From: an uncultured bacterium | Lineage (GTDB): Bacteria > Hinthialibacterota > Hinthialibacteria > Hinthialibacterales > Hinthialibacteraceae | Reading direction: 5' to 3' | NCBI GenBank assembly: GCA_964419335.1 | Contig: CAYQOX010000027.1 | Coordinates: forward strand, 180-64,179 | DNA length: 64,000 nucleotides | Shown here: piece after piece, positions 49,607 to 60,217 of the stretch | Position numbering within the stretch: position 1 is the first letter of the stretch | Layout of the letters: each line of letters begins with the position of its first letter | The notes under the pieces: model-generated | Database searches by the model: none | Told to the model about the DNA's origin: nothing | What the model saw: the letters and a program-made list of their open reading frames with translations, nothing else | Position numbers and translations under genes: made by a program

Positions 49607-50551
49607 GTGACTTTATTCTTCGAAATCACAGGTATCGTCTTCCCCGTCTTTCTCATCATGGCTATTGGCTACGGCCTCCGGCGCATCCAATTCCTCGATG
49701 CTCTCTTTATACAACAAGCCAATCGCTTGGTCTTTCACATTTGCCTCCCCCTGCTCTTGGTCTATAAAATCGGCACCTCCGATTTTGGCGCCAATTTCAA
49801 CCTCTATTTACTGCTCACCTCCTATCTCACCATCACCACAATTATGGCGATCTCCTACGCCTATGCCCATTGGCGGGGCTATCCTCCCAATCAAAGCGGC
49901 GTTTTTTGCCAAGGTTCCTTCCGCGCCAATATGGCCATCGTTGGCCTTGCAATTATATTCAACGCCTACGGCAACGAAGGCCTCACCCGCGCGGGGATTC
50001 TCATGGGACTCATTGTCCCTTTCTTGAATTTCTTCTCTGTGCTCATCCTCCTCTTCCCTCATGCACGCCAAGAACAATTTCATCCCCTGACCTACCTCAA
50101 GCAAATCCTCCTCAATCCGCTTATCATTGGTTCGCTGATCGGCATTGCCTGGAGCCTGCTCGAAATCCCACTCCCCCAGGTGCTCGACCGCACCTTGGAC
50201 ATTTTCACCAGCATGACCCTGCCCCTCGCCCTCTTATGTATTGGTGCGGGATTCACGTTCCAGCGCCTCCAGGGTGATCTATGGCAAATCAGTACAGCGG
50301 TTTTCTTCAAAAACATCCTCCTGCCCTGCATCGCCGCTCTCTATTTCATCCTTTTTCACGTTCATAACCTGGATTTCGCCATCGGTGTCCTCTTGCTGGG
50401 CAGCCCTACCGCTGCCGCCTCGTATATCATGGCTTCACAAATGAAGGGCGATTCCGAACTGGCCGGGGCTATCATCGTTCTCTCCACCTTGCTTTCTATT
50501 CTCACCTATTCTCTCATCCTCGCCGCCTTGGCCTTATTCTCCATCCCTTAG
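49607..50551 (+). CDS. AEC (auxin efflux carrier) family transporter
   Basis: FRANMAIVGL, NPLII, LALLCIG, PTAAASY. Confidence 0.88.
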   Translation: MTLFFEITGIVFPVFLIMAIGYGLRRIQFLDALFIQQANRLVFHICLPLLLVYKIGTSDFGANFNLYLLLTSYLTITTIMAISYAYAHWRGYPPNQSGVFCQGSFRANMAIVGLAIIFNAYGNEGLTRAGILMGLIVPFLNFFSVLILLFPHARQEQFHPLTYLKQILLNPLIIGSLIGIAWSLLEIPLPQVLDRTLDIFTSMTLPLALLCIGAGFTFQRLQGDLWQISTAVFFKNILLPCIAALYFILFHVHNLDFAIGVLLLGSPTAAASYIMASQMKGDSELAGAIIVLSTLLSILTYSLILAALALFSIP

Positions 50552-50646
50552 AAGAAAACAAGAGCGCGTTCTTCTTCTCTGAACTTATCAACCCATTTTA
50601 TTTATGATTGAATAACGTAACAGACTCAAGCCAGGGGAGGCTACTC

Positions 50647-51954
50647 ATGCAATCCAATTTCATAAACCGCCGTACCTTTGGGCGTCTTAGCGCCGCCCTG
50701 GGCTTAACCGCCGCCTCGACACGTGTACTCGGCGCCAATGAAACCATTTCGCTTGGACTGATTGGCTGCAGCAATCGCGCCCAAGGCCTCGTACGCACCT
50801 TCCTGAAATGCGGTGCCGAGTTCCGCGCCGCGTGTGATGTGGATCAAAAACGCTTAGAACGGGGACGCCATCTCTGCGGCATCGATGAAGACGCTTGCTA
50901 TAAGGATTATCGCAAACTTTTGGAACGTAAGGATCTGGACGCCGTACTCATCGCCACGCCCCCGCATTGGCACCCGCTTCCGTTCGTGGATGCCTGCAAG
51001 GCTGGACTCGATATCTATTGTGAAAAACCGCTGGGCGTGACGATTTATGAAGGCCAACAAATGGTGAAAGCCGCCCGTCAATATGATCGTATCACCCAAT
51101 GCGGCACCCAATCGCACTCCGCCCCCTATTACCACGAAGCCATCCAGCGCCTCCACGAAGGCGAAATAGGCCGTATCTTCAAAGCCAAAAGTTGGAGCCT
51201 GCGCAATAACGATCCCGCCGGTATGGGCCCCGCGAAAATCACCGATCCTCCCCCTGAACTGGATTGGGACTTCTGGCTTGGCCCCTTACCCGAACGTGAT
51301 TATTTCCCCCAGCGCTGCCATGGCGGCTTTCGCTGGTTTTGGGATACCGACGGCGGTTGGATGACCGATTGGGGCGTGCATCAGTTCGACATCATCCAAT
51401 GGGGCATTCAGCAATACGCCCCCTTGGCCGTCTCGGCCGAAGGCGGTAAGTTCTTCTTCACCGATTGCTCCGAAACTCCCGACTCCTTCGACGCTGTCTT
51501 TCGCTTCAAAGACTGCCTAGTACAGTTCACCGTCCGCTCTTGGAACGCGCATTCGCCATCCCATGAACCGAAGCAGCCCACCTGGGATGGCTATGGCATC
51601 GAGTTTTATGGCGAGAAAGGCACCATGTTCATCGACCGCGACCGCTACATCATCTGGCCGGAAAAAGGCAAGTTCGGCGAAGGCGTCGAGGCCGCAGAAG
51701 TCTCCGGCGACTATACCACCATGGGCACCAACCACGTCACCGAATTCTTGGATAACATCAAAACCCGCAACCGCTGTGCCTGCGATGTGGAAGTCTGCCA
51801 CTTCGCCAGCAGTACATGCCACCTTGGCAACATCGCCTTCCGTTCGGGGGAACGCATTGTGTGGGATCAGGAAAACGAGCGGATTACGAACCACCCCGAA
51901 CTAAACTCCTGGCTCAAACGCCCCTATCGCGAACCCTGGACGTTGGAAGTGTGA
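50647..51954 (+). CDS. Tat-exported Gfo/Idh/MocA oxidoreductase
   Basis: NRRTF signal; ATPPHWH, YCEKP, WLGP, DWGVH. Confidence 0.9.
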   Translation: MQSNFINRRTFGRLSAALGLTAASTRVLGANETISLGLIGCSNRAQGLVRTFLKCGAEFRAACDVDQKRLERGRHLCGIDEDACYKDYRKLLERKDLDAVLIATPPHWHPLPFVDACKAGLDIYCEKPLGVTIYEGQQMVKAARQYDRITQCGTQSHSAPYYHEAIQRLHEGEIGRIFKAKSWSLRNNDPAGMGPAKITDPPPELDWDFWLGPLPERDYFPQRCHGGFRWFWDTDGGWMTDWGVHQFDIIQWGIQQYAPLAVSAEGGKFFFTDCSETPDSFDAVFRFKDCLVQFTVRSWNAHSPSHEPKQPTWDGYGIEFYGEKGTMFIDRDRYIIWPEKGKFGEGVEAAEVSGDYTTMGTNHVTEFLDNIKTRNRCACDVEVCHFASSTCHLGNIAFRSGERIVWDQENERITNHPELNSWLKRPYREPWTLEV

Positions 51955-52175
51955 ATTTGACCAGAACAGACTATGTCAAGTAAAAAATCGTCGTTCGTTT
52001 AAGCAGGGATTTTTATGTTACGTAATTAGGTTTATCTCATCGGTTGGCTCGGATGAAAAAGAAACATTCGAATCTAAGAGGAAAAGAAATATGGTTAAAA
52101 AAAGATTATGTTATTAATTGCTTTCATTTTTTCACCTTTAACCACTGTTCAAATTTTGGGGGACAGTATATTATA

Positions 52176-53555
52176 TCATTCAGGATCAAGCACAAAATCC
52201 ACCTTGAGACTCTTCTTGCGCTGCATAAATCCGGTATCCACAATGTGTTTATCCTCTTGATACTCTGGCGCGCTGGCCTTGAGCAAATGCTCTTCGCTGT
52301 GAATCATGAATTCATAGTAACCATTTTCATCCGTCCGGGCTTCTGCATAAGGCGGCTGATTTAAGTAATACGCAACCACTTTGGCATTCGTAACGGGTTT
52401 TAATGTCTCCGCATCACGCACCACCCCCTTGCACTGTACTTGCGGTTGCTTTCCCTCGACTTTTCGTTCTCCGCCATTCCCCACTTTCAGGGTTACTGGA
52501 CTAAATTCGGCCCCAATCTTGATCCGTCCCGCTCCTTCACCAAGTTTCCCTTGCACCTTTTGCTTCAACATCTCTTTTTCATGATTCAAAGAAGCGGGTG
52601 CATGAATTTGCCCCATATTCGATTCTGCATCGACGATTCCATTGAAACCTTTGGGCAGGTGAATTCGAGTCGCACCAAAAGAAAAATTCCCAACCAACGT
52701 CACATCCTCGTTCAATCCCTGGATAGAACTTTGACTGAATTTCACCTCCAATTTCAAATCCCCATCATAATCCTCAATCGTCAAACCGCCGTACTCCACA
52801 TAATAATCTCCATCTCCCGTGTGATGATCAATATCGAGAGAACCAAACTTATTTTGGATCTTCGCATTTCCCCGCACGTTTTTTAATTGCACTGAACCAA
52901 ATTCATTTTTACAAATTATATCCGTATCAATATCGTTCAAGAGAATATCCCCAAAGTTATTATCAATATCTAAAGCCGAGAGATTTTCCGGGATTCGCAG
53001 TTTAATCTTATACACGCGCACGTCTCCCATTTCATGCTCCTTGTTAGTCACCCGCGGGACGCCGATCCGATACACCTCTTTCGTATCCTCGAAATCCACT
53101 TTCATCGTCTCTAAGATTTCTTTGGCTCTGTCTTCATTCCCCGCTCCCGCGATCATTTCAATCGAAGCATGAATTTCATCGGTCACCTTCCCCGGAACCA
53201 CAGCAATTTCAGAATAGGTCCCGTATAATTGCAGCGGCTTCTCCCCTTCAACCTTCCATGTTTGTTCCACCACCTGCGATTCCTTCACCCCCGTAAATTC
53301 ATTAAAAAATCGATCAAAAAATGGAATCGGGGGCATCTCGAAATCTAACGCCAGTTGAGACGGCTGCATATGAAAAGCATCAAAATTCTCTTCCATTTTC
53401 TCCATTTGCTTCTCGAGCAATTGCCGTTGTTTTTCAAATTGTTTCTCACTTTGCTCTAACAAATGATTAATATCCTGAGCCCTGCCTTCACCCGCCATCG
53501 CCAAACTGAAACAAAAGAACCCTGCGATCATTTTCATAATCTTTGAACGTAACAT
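52176..53555 (-). CDS. Secreted DUF4097-like beta-repeat protein with a C-terminal carboxypeptidase-regulatory-like domain
   Basis: Signal peptide; repeated xxxFGx(I/V/L) strands; GVVRDAET...TDENGYY. Confidence 0.65.
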   Translation of the reverse strand: MLRSKIMKMIAGFFCFSLAMAGEGRAQDINHLLEQSEKQFEKQRQLLEKQMEKMEENFDAFHMQPSQLALDFEMPPIPFFDRFFNEFTGVKESQVVEQTWKVEGEKPLQLYGTYSEIAVVPGKVTDEIHASIEMIAGAGNEDRAKEILETMKVDFEDTKEVYRIGVPRVTNKEHEMGDVRVYKIKLRIPENLSALDIDNNFGDILLNDIDTDIICKNEFGSVQLKNVRGNAKIQNKFGSLDIDHHTGDGDYYVEYGGLTIEDYDGDLKLEVKFSQSSIQGLNEDVTLVGNFSFGATRIHLPKGFNGIVDAESNMGQIHAPASLNHEKEMLKQKVQGKLGEGAGRIKIGAEFSPVTLKVGNGGERKVEGKQPQVQCKGVVRDAETLKPVTNAKVVAYYLNQPPYAEARTDENGYYEFMIHSEEHLLKASAPEYQEDKHIVDTGFMQRKKSLKVDFVLDPE

Positions 53556-53597
53556 GTTCACGACTCCTTCCACTTTTTTATCTCTCTATTCCCTGAC

Positions 53598-54293
53598 TCA
53601 AAATGATTCGCCATCCCCATTTACCCTCTCTCCTCGATCCATAGAGGGCTGTTCCCCTTCTTTTAACGCCTGACACAAAGATTCCAGAGTTTCCACATTC
53701 TGATAAATCGCGCGGCAAAACCCCCGTTGAGTCACTGGATCGCCTTGAGTTTCCCGATAATACTTTTGGATCATTTCCGAGGTATAGCGAACCTGCTCAA
53801 TGGGATAACGCCACACCTCGGGCGCAGAGACGAGGGATTGATCCGCCTTCTCTTCCAAAATGCTTTCCAACTGATCCAGCAATTCATTTTGGGCAGTCAC
53901 CAGCGCGCTAAACGTCCTATCAGGATCAACCGCCTCTGAACTTAACCGTACGTGTTGGCCGATCCATAATCCGCTGAGAAACACCACAAACAACACCATC
54001 GCTCCCGCGGCCAAGGCCCGCAAACGAAACATCCACCGTACGGCCTCTTTCTTCGCCCCCGCTTTCTCCTCCACAATCCGGCCGGGAAGCCCATCCGGCA
54101 TCACCGGCCGGGGGAGATTCTGCAAAAAAACGTACTGGTTTTGTATCTCTTCGACTTGCGTACGACAGGCATCACACTCCACCACATGAGCCACGATGGC
54201 TGCTTGCTCTTCGGTAGTCAATGCATCCTCGCGTCCCTCTAGGGCCTCAACATAGAGAAACAATTTTTCTGGATCACAACGGTTGATCTTCAT
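53598..54293 (-). CDS. Zinc-binding (ZAS) transmembrane anti-sigma factor
   Basis: HVVECDAC (HxxxCxxC), a TM helix, directly downstream of an ECF sigma. Confidence 0.82.
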   Translation of the reverse strand: MKINRCDPEKLFLYVEALEGREDALTTEEQAAIVAHVVECDACRTQVEEIQNQYVFLQNLPRPVMPDGLPGRIVEEKAGAKKEAVRWMFRLRALAAGAMVLFVVFLSGLWIGQHVRLSSEAVDPDRTFSALVTAQNELLDQLESILEEKADQSLVSAPEVWRYPIEQVRYTSEMIQKYYRETQGDPVTQRGFCRAIYQNVETLESLCQALKEGEQPSMDRGERVNGDGESF

Positions 54294-54306
54294 GATTCCA
54301 TCTCTC

Positions 54307-54894
54307 TCAAAAACCCATCCGTTTCAACTTCTCTCGTAGTTCACGTTCCGCTCGAAACGCCAGGTTTTTTACCGTACCTTCCGGTTTGTTCATCACCTTA
54401 GAAATTTCTTTATATTTCATCCCCTCGAAGAAGCGCAATATCAACACACTCCTTTTCTCTAAATCCAAACGCTGCAGCAAGCGCTCCACCGCTCGCTCCC
54501 GCTCTCTCGCATCGAGCCTCTCACCGATGGGCTCTTCCTCATCGGCCAGCCACTCCTCCGGCTTCAACCCCAAAGGTGAAACAAATCGCCGTACTTTCCG
54601 CCACCGCAACAGCGAAATCGCCTTCCGCCGCGCAATGGTAAAGAGGAAGGGACGAAGCGAAACATCCGTCTTTAAACTCGCCCGATGTTTATACACCTGC
54701 CAAAAGGTTTCCTGAGCCAAATCTTCTGCATCCTCGCCATTCCCCACCATCCGTTTCAAAAAAGCATACAACGAAGGCGAATGATGCGCGACAATCAAAG
54801 CAAACGCCCGCTCGCTCCCTTCTTTGACTTGTTTGATCCACTCTTGCTCTTCCATCGCAGCATACGTTAAAGGTTGTTTGCTTGTCATTTCCAC
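54307..54894 (-). CDS. ECF sigma-70 family sigma factor
   Basis: DAEDLAQETF, region 4 EGMKYKEIS...EGTVK. Confidence 0.92.
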   Translation of the reverse strand: MEMTSKQPLTYAAMEEQEWIKQVKEGSERAFALIVAHHSPSLYAFLKRMVGNGEDAEDLAQETFWQVYKHRASLKTDVSLRPFLFTIARRKAISLLRWRKVRRFVSPLGLKPEEWLADEEEPIGERLDARERERAVERLLQRLDLEKRSVLILRFFEGMKYKEISKVMNKPEGTVKNLAFRAERELREKLKRMGF

Positions 54895-55030
54895 ATTCCG
54901 TCAACCCGATTCACTCTTAGAATTCGCTTCCTATCGAAAAAAGTTTCATTTTCTTTTTGAAATTGACGAAACTACGGAAAATATGAAAATATCTCTAATT
55001 TCCCTATATAAATGATAAACTTTTCATTCT

Positions 55031-57691
55031 GTGATATCATTACAATACATCCTTTGTTTCATGGGAGCCTTATCCTTGCGAGTCACGAACCTCTTTAACC
55101 TACTACCTATCGTTTTGCTCTCCTTCTCTGCGTGGAGCGCAGATCAAGACATCGTGATCAACGAGATCATGTATCACCCCCACGTGGATTGTTCCTATAC
55201 CGAATTCATTGAGTTGACGAACAAAGGAGATCAACCGGTTGACCTAGGCGGCTGGTTTGTTTCAGACGGAGTCTTGCTTACCCTTCCTGATGAAGTAATC
55301 CTCGAACCGGGTGACTATTGTCTATTCGTCCGCGATCCTGAGGCCTTTCGCCAAGAATACCCGGATGTCGAAGCCCCTATCATCGGTCCCTATGAACGCA
55401 AACTCTCCAACAGCGGCGAACGGCTGGCCATTATGAACCGCGAGCGAGAAATCATCGACGAATTCACCTGGGACGATGCCTATCCCTGGCCTGTGGCTGC
55501 CGATGGCATGGGAGCCTCACTCGAATTAATCCATCCCAGCCTCGACAACTCCCAACCGGGCTATTGGCGTCCCGCCGAAGGAGTCCGCTATGTAGACGAG
55601 ACTCCCTACATCCGCTTTGACCGTCTAGATACTCACGCTACTCCAGGCCAGCGCAATTCCGTATACAGCGAAGAAATCCCTCCCAACCTACAAGACATCC
55701 GCCATGATCCCCATGCCCCTGAAAGCGGCGAAGAAGTCTTCGTCGCCGCTACCATTGAACACCCTTCGCAACTGGATTCCATCATTCTTCAATACCAAAT
55801 CGTCCATCCTGGACACTACATACGCCTAACCGACAAAGAATACTCTACCAACTGGACAGATATTTCCATGCACGATTCCGGTGAGTTTCCTGACGCCCAT
55901 GCAAACGACGGAATCTTCACCGCCTCCATTCCCGCCCAAGACCACCGCGACTTAGTCCGCTACAAAATTACGGCCCTAAACAAAAACGGGGCTTCCGTTA
56001 CCGCCCCCCATCCCACCGATCCCTCCCCCAATTTTGCCTACTTTGTCTACGATGGGGTTCCCCCCTACCGCGTAACCAAACCCGAAGAACGCATCCATAC
56101 CCAATTGACCGAGGTCCCCGTCTATCACCTCCTCGCGGATGCTGACGATATCCGTGAGTGCGAAAATGTCCAAACCAACAAAACCACCCGCAACTACTTC
56201 CAATGGTATGGAACCTTCTACTACAACGGCGAGGTCTACGACCACATCCGCTACCGCCTGCGCGGCGGCGTCTGGCGCTATACCTTCAATAAACGCATGT
56301 GGAAAATCCGCCTCAACAAAGGCGCTTATTTTCGCGGCCACAACAACGATGGCACCCCCTATGATCCTCCCCGCCGTACCCTCAACTTAAACTCCCTCTC
56401 CCAAAATATGCAAATTAACGATCCCCACCGTGGCGAACTAGGCCTCTTCGAAACCGCAGGCTTTTGGCTTTTTGGTCGGGTGGGCTGCGGAACCTTCGAC
56501 ACCACTTGGGTACATTACCGCATTATCGATGATGAAAGCGAAGAAGGAGAAGACCAGTTCTCCGGCGATTTTTACGGCCTTTACCTCAACATCGAACAAG
56601 CCGACGACCGCTACATCGAAAACCACGATTATCCAGAAAATTCCAGCCTCTATAAAATGCACCGCGGCTGGACCGGCACCGATAAAATTTGGGAAAAAGA
56701 AACTAACAACTGCGATCCCCCCGACGATTCCGACCTCGTCGAATTCTACCAAGGCTATAACCGCCGCGATGGCGATCAATACCTCCAACAACACCTCAAC
56801 ATCGAAAAATATCTCTCCTACCGCTGTATTGTCGAAGCCATCCATCATTACGATATCTACGCCGAAAAGAATTATTACTACCTGCGTAATGGCGCCAATA
56901 ATCTATGGGAAGTCATCCCCTGGGATCTGGATATCACCTTCGGCTCGGACCATGGCGATGGCAACGAACCCTTCCGCGATAAACTCATCGGCAATCTCGC
57001 CGCCAACCCCAACGTCGACAAAGAATACACCATGGAATTCCGCAACCGCCTGCGCGAAGTGGTTCAACTCCTCTATAACGAAGAAGTCTTCTTCCCTGTC
57101 CTCGATCAGTGGAAAGCGTTAATCGACGAAATCGCCGCCGCAGACTTAGACCGCTGGGATCTCTACCAACCTCCCGATGCCCCTCCCCACAAAAGCCGCT
57201 ACAAACCACTTGATGTACGCCTCCAAGAAATGAAAGACTGGATCAAACAGCGGATTTACGAAGATTACACGGATAACAATAATGGCCCCAAAAATTTCGT
57301 TCCCGCTCTGGTTAACATGGCCGCCGACGACCAGATCCCCCATCCGCCTTCCATCATAACCCCACAATCACAAACAAACTTCACCCCCGCAAACTCTTTG
57401 CGCCTCGAAAGCTCTCCCTTTGAAGACCCCAACCCCGACGATCTCCACATGGCCTCTCGCTGGATCATTACTCGCGAAGATCATTTCGAAATCCAGCCCG
57501 ACTGGGATAGCCGTCCCACTCAGCAAGAACGAACCTCCATCTCTGTCCCCCTGCAACAATTTGAACCGGGCTATGCCTATCGCGCACGGGTGAAATACCA
57601 AGACCAAACCGGACGCTGGAGCGAATGGTCTAAACCTGTTTCTTTTGTTCTTCGAAAACCCGTTTCTGTCCAAGAATGGAATATACATTGA
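55031..57691 (+). CDS. Secreted CotH-kinase-family protein with a lamin-tail domain
   Basis: IVINEIMYHP...EFIEL (lamin tail); RLRGG...WKI, YGLY..IE, KNYY, IPWDLD (CotH); start uncertain. Confidence 0.82.
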   Translation: MISLQYILCFMGALSLRVTNLFNLLPIVLLSFSAWSADQDIVINEIMYHPHVDCSYTEFIELTNKGDQPVDLGGWFVSDGVLLTLPDEVILEPGDYCLFVRDPEAFRQEYPDVEAPIIGPYERKLSNSGERLAIMNREREIIDEFTWDDAYPWPVAADGMGASLELIHPSLDNSQPGYWRPAEGVRYVDETPYIRFDRLDTHATPGQRNSVYSEEIPPNLQDIRHDPHAPESGEEVFVAATIEHPSQLDSIILQYQIVHPGHYIRLTDKEYSTNWTDISMHDSGEFPDAHANDGIFTASIPAQDHRDLVRYKITALNKNGASVTAPHPTDPSPNFAYFVYDGVPPYRVTKPEERIHTQLTEVPVYHLLADADDIRECENVQTNKTTRNYFQWYGTFYYNGEVYDHIRYRLRGGVWRYTFNKRMWKIRLNKGAYFRGHNNDGTPYDPPRRTLNLNSLSQNMQINDPHRGELGLFETAGFWLFGRVGCGTFDTTWVHYRIIDDESEEGEDQFSGDFYGLYLNIEQADDRYIENHDYPENSSLYKMHRGWTGTDKIWEKETNNCDPPDDSDLVEFYQGYNRRDGDQYLQQHLNIEKYLSYRCIVEAIHHYDIYAEKNYYYLRNGANNLWEVIPWDLDITFGSDHGDGNEPFRDKLIGNLAANPNVDKEYTMEFRNRLREVVQLLYNEEVFFPVLDQWKALIDEIAAADLDRWDLYQPPDAPPHKSRYKPLDVRLQEMKDWIKQRIYEDYTDNNNGPKNFVPALVNMAADDQIPHPPSIITPQSQTNFTPANSLRLESSPFEDPNPDDLHMASRWIITREDHFEIQPDWDSRPTQQERTSISVPLQQFEPGYAYRARVKYQDQTGRWSEWSKPVSFVLRKPVSVQEWNIH

Positions 57692-58080
57692 GATTTTATT
57701 TCGTGCTTAAATTATGGTTCTAATCGAAACTTTCTGATCTTTAACTTGATAAGCGAAAAAAAAGTTGTCATAATTCGGTAGGATGGTATATAGTAGGTTG
57801 TGATTTCTTGGTTTCCCTTTTGGGGTACTTAGTTGATTTTTTCCGATTTTTTAGAGGAGCATCGGAATTCGGCGAGTGCCCCAAAATATCAAACCATAGC
57901 GAAGCAATCTGTATTTGCATTCGGATTGCTCGATTTTGTTTATATATACTGGATTCACTCCTTGCTAAAGAAAGCATGGTTGCTTTTTCGAGGATTGGGA
58001 TTTTAACCAATTAGGTTGTATTCTCCGCCTGGAAGAGAAGAATTGGGCTTATAACCCACTGAATTTTGTTGTTTTATTAA

Positions 58081-58108
58081 TTGACAAAATTCAACCTTGT
58101 GATATACT
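58081..58108 (+). promoter_or_regulatory. Sigma70 promoter for wcaJ
   Basis: TTGACA-16 nt-TATACT with an extended -10 TG. Confidence 0.7.
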
Positions 58109-58234
58109 ACTTTACGTCCTATTGTGTGTGGGAAATACGTGCTTTGTCACGCTTCTTTTAATTCGCTGATTTAGAGAATAAACAAGTTTCATTGTTGTAC
58201 TTAAGTTTTGCGCAGGGAACCCATTTGTTTTGAA

Positions 58235-59704
58235 ATGAAAGTAAAAACGAATACTAAACAAACATACTTTTCAAACTCCGAACCATTTTATAAAGATATC
58301 TATTTTCTTCCTCTCCTCTTTTTAATTTGTGCCGATTTATGCGTCTTTATCTTTTCTTTCGCCATGGGATACGTGGTGCGCTTCCATACCAACCTTTATT
58401 ACTTGTTTCCACCTCCTACACCACCCTATATCCCAGAATTTGCTCCCTATTTTAAACTCTCCCTCCTCATCGCCGCCTTCGGGCTATTCGTCTTCGAACG
58501 CTTCGGACTTTATGAAAAGCGAGTAGGCTTAGACCGTAACGTCCATATCGCCTCCCTGATCCTCGCCATCTTGGTCACCTACATCTTTATCATGGCGCTC
58601 TTGTTTAACTACCGTGGCTACACCTTTTCTCGATTAACCATCGGGCTTGCAATTCCTATGACCTGCTTCGGTGTCATTTTTGCCCATGCCCTTTTGAAAA
58701 AAACCCAATTTTTCATGATCCGCAAAGGGATTATGTTTTTCAAAACCATCCTCATTGGTCCCGAATTGGAATGTCAGCGTATTAATCTTAAATTGCAAGA
58801 ACACCATGGTTCGAAATTCCAAGTGTTAGGATATGTTAACACCCATACCGAGGACGGCGCCATGCAACAACAACCTCTCATGCCCTGCTTAGGTAATAAA
58901 GAACAATTGGACAATATATTGCAGAAAGAACCTGTAGACAATGTAATCATCGCCATGCCCGCTAATAATGAACTCGAAATTGTGAATATCATGAAAACAT
59001 GCCTCAATAATCACGTTACCTTTCGCGTGATCCCCAACTTGTATGACATCCTTACCCAACGCATCCATGGTAACGAAATCGAAGCCATTCCCACCGTCGC
59101 TTTTGGAGAAACACCTCTCTGCATCAACAATACCGGCTTCTTAGCCAAGCGTTTTATGGATATTATCGTCTCTAGCGTCGCCTTAATCCTCTCTTTCCCC
59201 CTTATGCTGTTTATCGCTCTTTTAATCAAGTTCGACTCCAAAGGCAGCATTTTCTATGTGCAAGAACGTATCGGGAACGATGGCCGGCGCTTCAAAATGC
59301 TAAAATTCCGCTCGATGGTCGATGAAGCCGAACGAGATACCGGCCCCACCTGGGCAACCTCCAAAGATCCCCGTACCACCTACATTGGACGGTTTTTACG
59401 CAAATACAACTTGGATGAACTCCCCCAATTCCTAAACGTCCTCCGCGGCGATATGAGCCTGGTCGGCCCTCGCCCCGAACGTCCCTATTTTGTCAACAAA
59501 TTCAAAGAAGAAATTCCCTACTACACCCGCCGCCATATGGTCAAAACCGGGATTACGGGTTGGGCACAAGTCAACGGATGGCGTGGTGACACTTCCGTCA
59601 TGGAACGCACCAAGTATGATTTATATTATATCAAAAATTGGTCTCTGCTTCTGGATTTGAAAATCATCATCAAAACCTTGATCTCATTCAAAAACGCCTA
59701 TTAG
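58235..59704 (+). CDS. wcaJ: Undecaprenyl-phosphate glucose phosphotransferase (WcaJ-type priming transferase)
   Basis: N-terminal TM helices; [32 protein letters not shown]. Confidence 0.9.
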   Translation: MKVKTNTKQTYFSNSEPFYKDIYFLPLLFLICADLCVFIFSFAMGYVVRFHTNLYYLFPPPTPPYIPEFAPYFKLSLLIAAFGLFVFERFGLYEKRVGLDRNVHIASLILAILVTYIFIMALLFNYRGYTFSRLTIGLAIPMTCFGVIFAHALLKKTQFFMIRKGIMFFKTILIGPELECQRINLKLQEHHGSKFQVLGYVNTHTEDGAMQQQPLMPCLGNKEQLDNILQKEPVDNVIIAMPANNELEIVNIMKTCLNNHVTFRVIPNLYDILTQRIHGNEIEAIPTVAFGETPLCINNTGFLAKRFMDIIVSSVALILSFPLMLFIALLIKFDSKGSIFYVQERIGNDGRRFKMLKFRSMVDEAERDTGPTWATSKDPRTTYIGRFLRKYNLDELPQFLNVLRGDMSLVGPRPERPYFVNKFKEEIPYYTRRHMVKTGITGWAQVNGWRGDTSVMERTKYDLYYIKNWSLLLDLKIIIKTLISFKNAY

Positions 59705-59734
59705 AATGATAATACGCTTTTATCCCATGATTTT

Positions 59735-60217
59735 ATGAGAATTCGTCTCTTTTGTTCTATCCTTTTCCCTTTATGTCTTGTGGCATGCTCCGAAAATCGG
59801 GATACTCTCCTAGCAAAAGCCACAACCCATCTCCAAAACCAAAGGATTGACGAAGCCCAAAATATCTATCATCGTTTATATCAACAGGATCCCTGGAACC
59901 CAGAGATTATCCATGGACTTATGTCCACCACCCGCATCAAGAACGCAACCCAGGACTATCTCCATTGGTGCCACAAAATGATCCAATTGCGACCCTGGAA
60001 CCGAGAGGCCAACATCACCGTCGCCCAGGATCTCGCCAAACAAGGCAAAAAAAAAGACGCAGCTCTACGACTGCTTCTCGCTTATGAAGAATCTTTTTTC
60101 AAGAACGATAAAAAAGAAGTCGAGCGTTTACTTCTACAAATATCAAGTTCAGAAACACAGGATGATACAATAAATGCCCCTCACCACCACCCGACTCACA
60201 CCCCAAGCAGCCCTTGA
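59735..60217 (+). CDS. TPR-like lipoprotein
   Basis: Lipobox LVAC; helical repeats ending DPWN/RPWN. Confidence 0.65.
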   Translation: MRIRLFCSILFPLCLVACSENRDTLLAKATTHLQNQRIDEAQNIYHRLYQQDPWNPEIIHGLMSTTRIKNATQDYLHWCHKMIQLRPWNREANITVAQDLAKQGKKKDAALRLLLAYEESFFKNDKKEVERLLLQISSSETQDDTINAPHHHPTHTPSSP

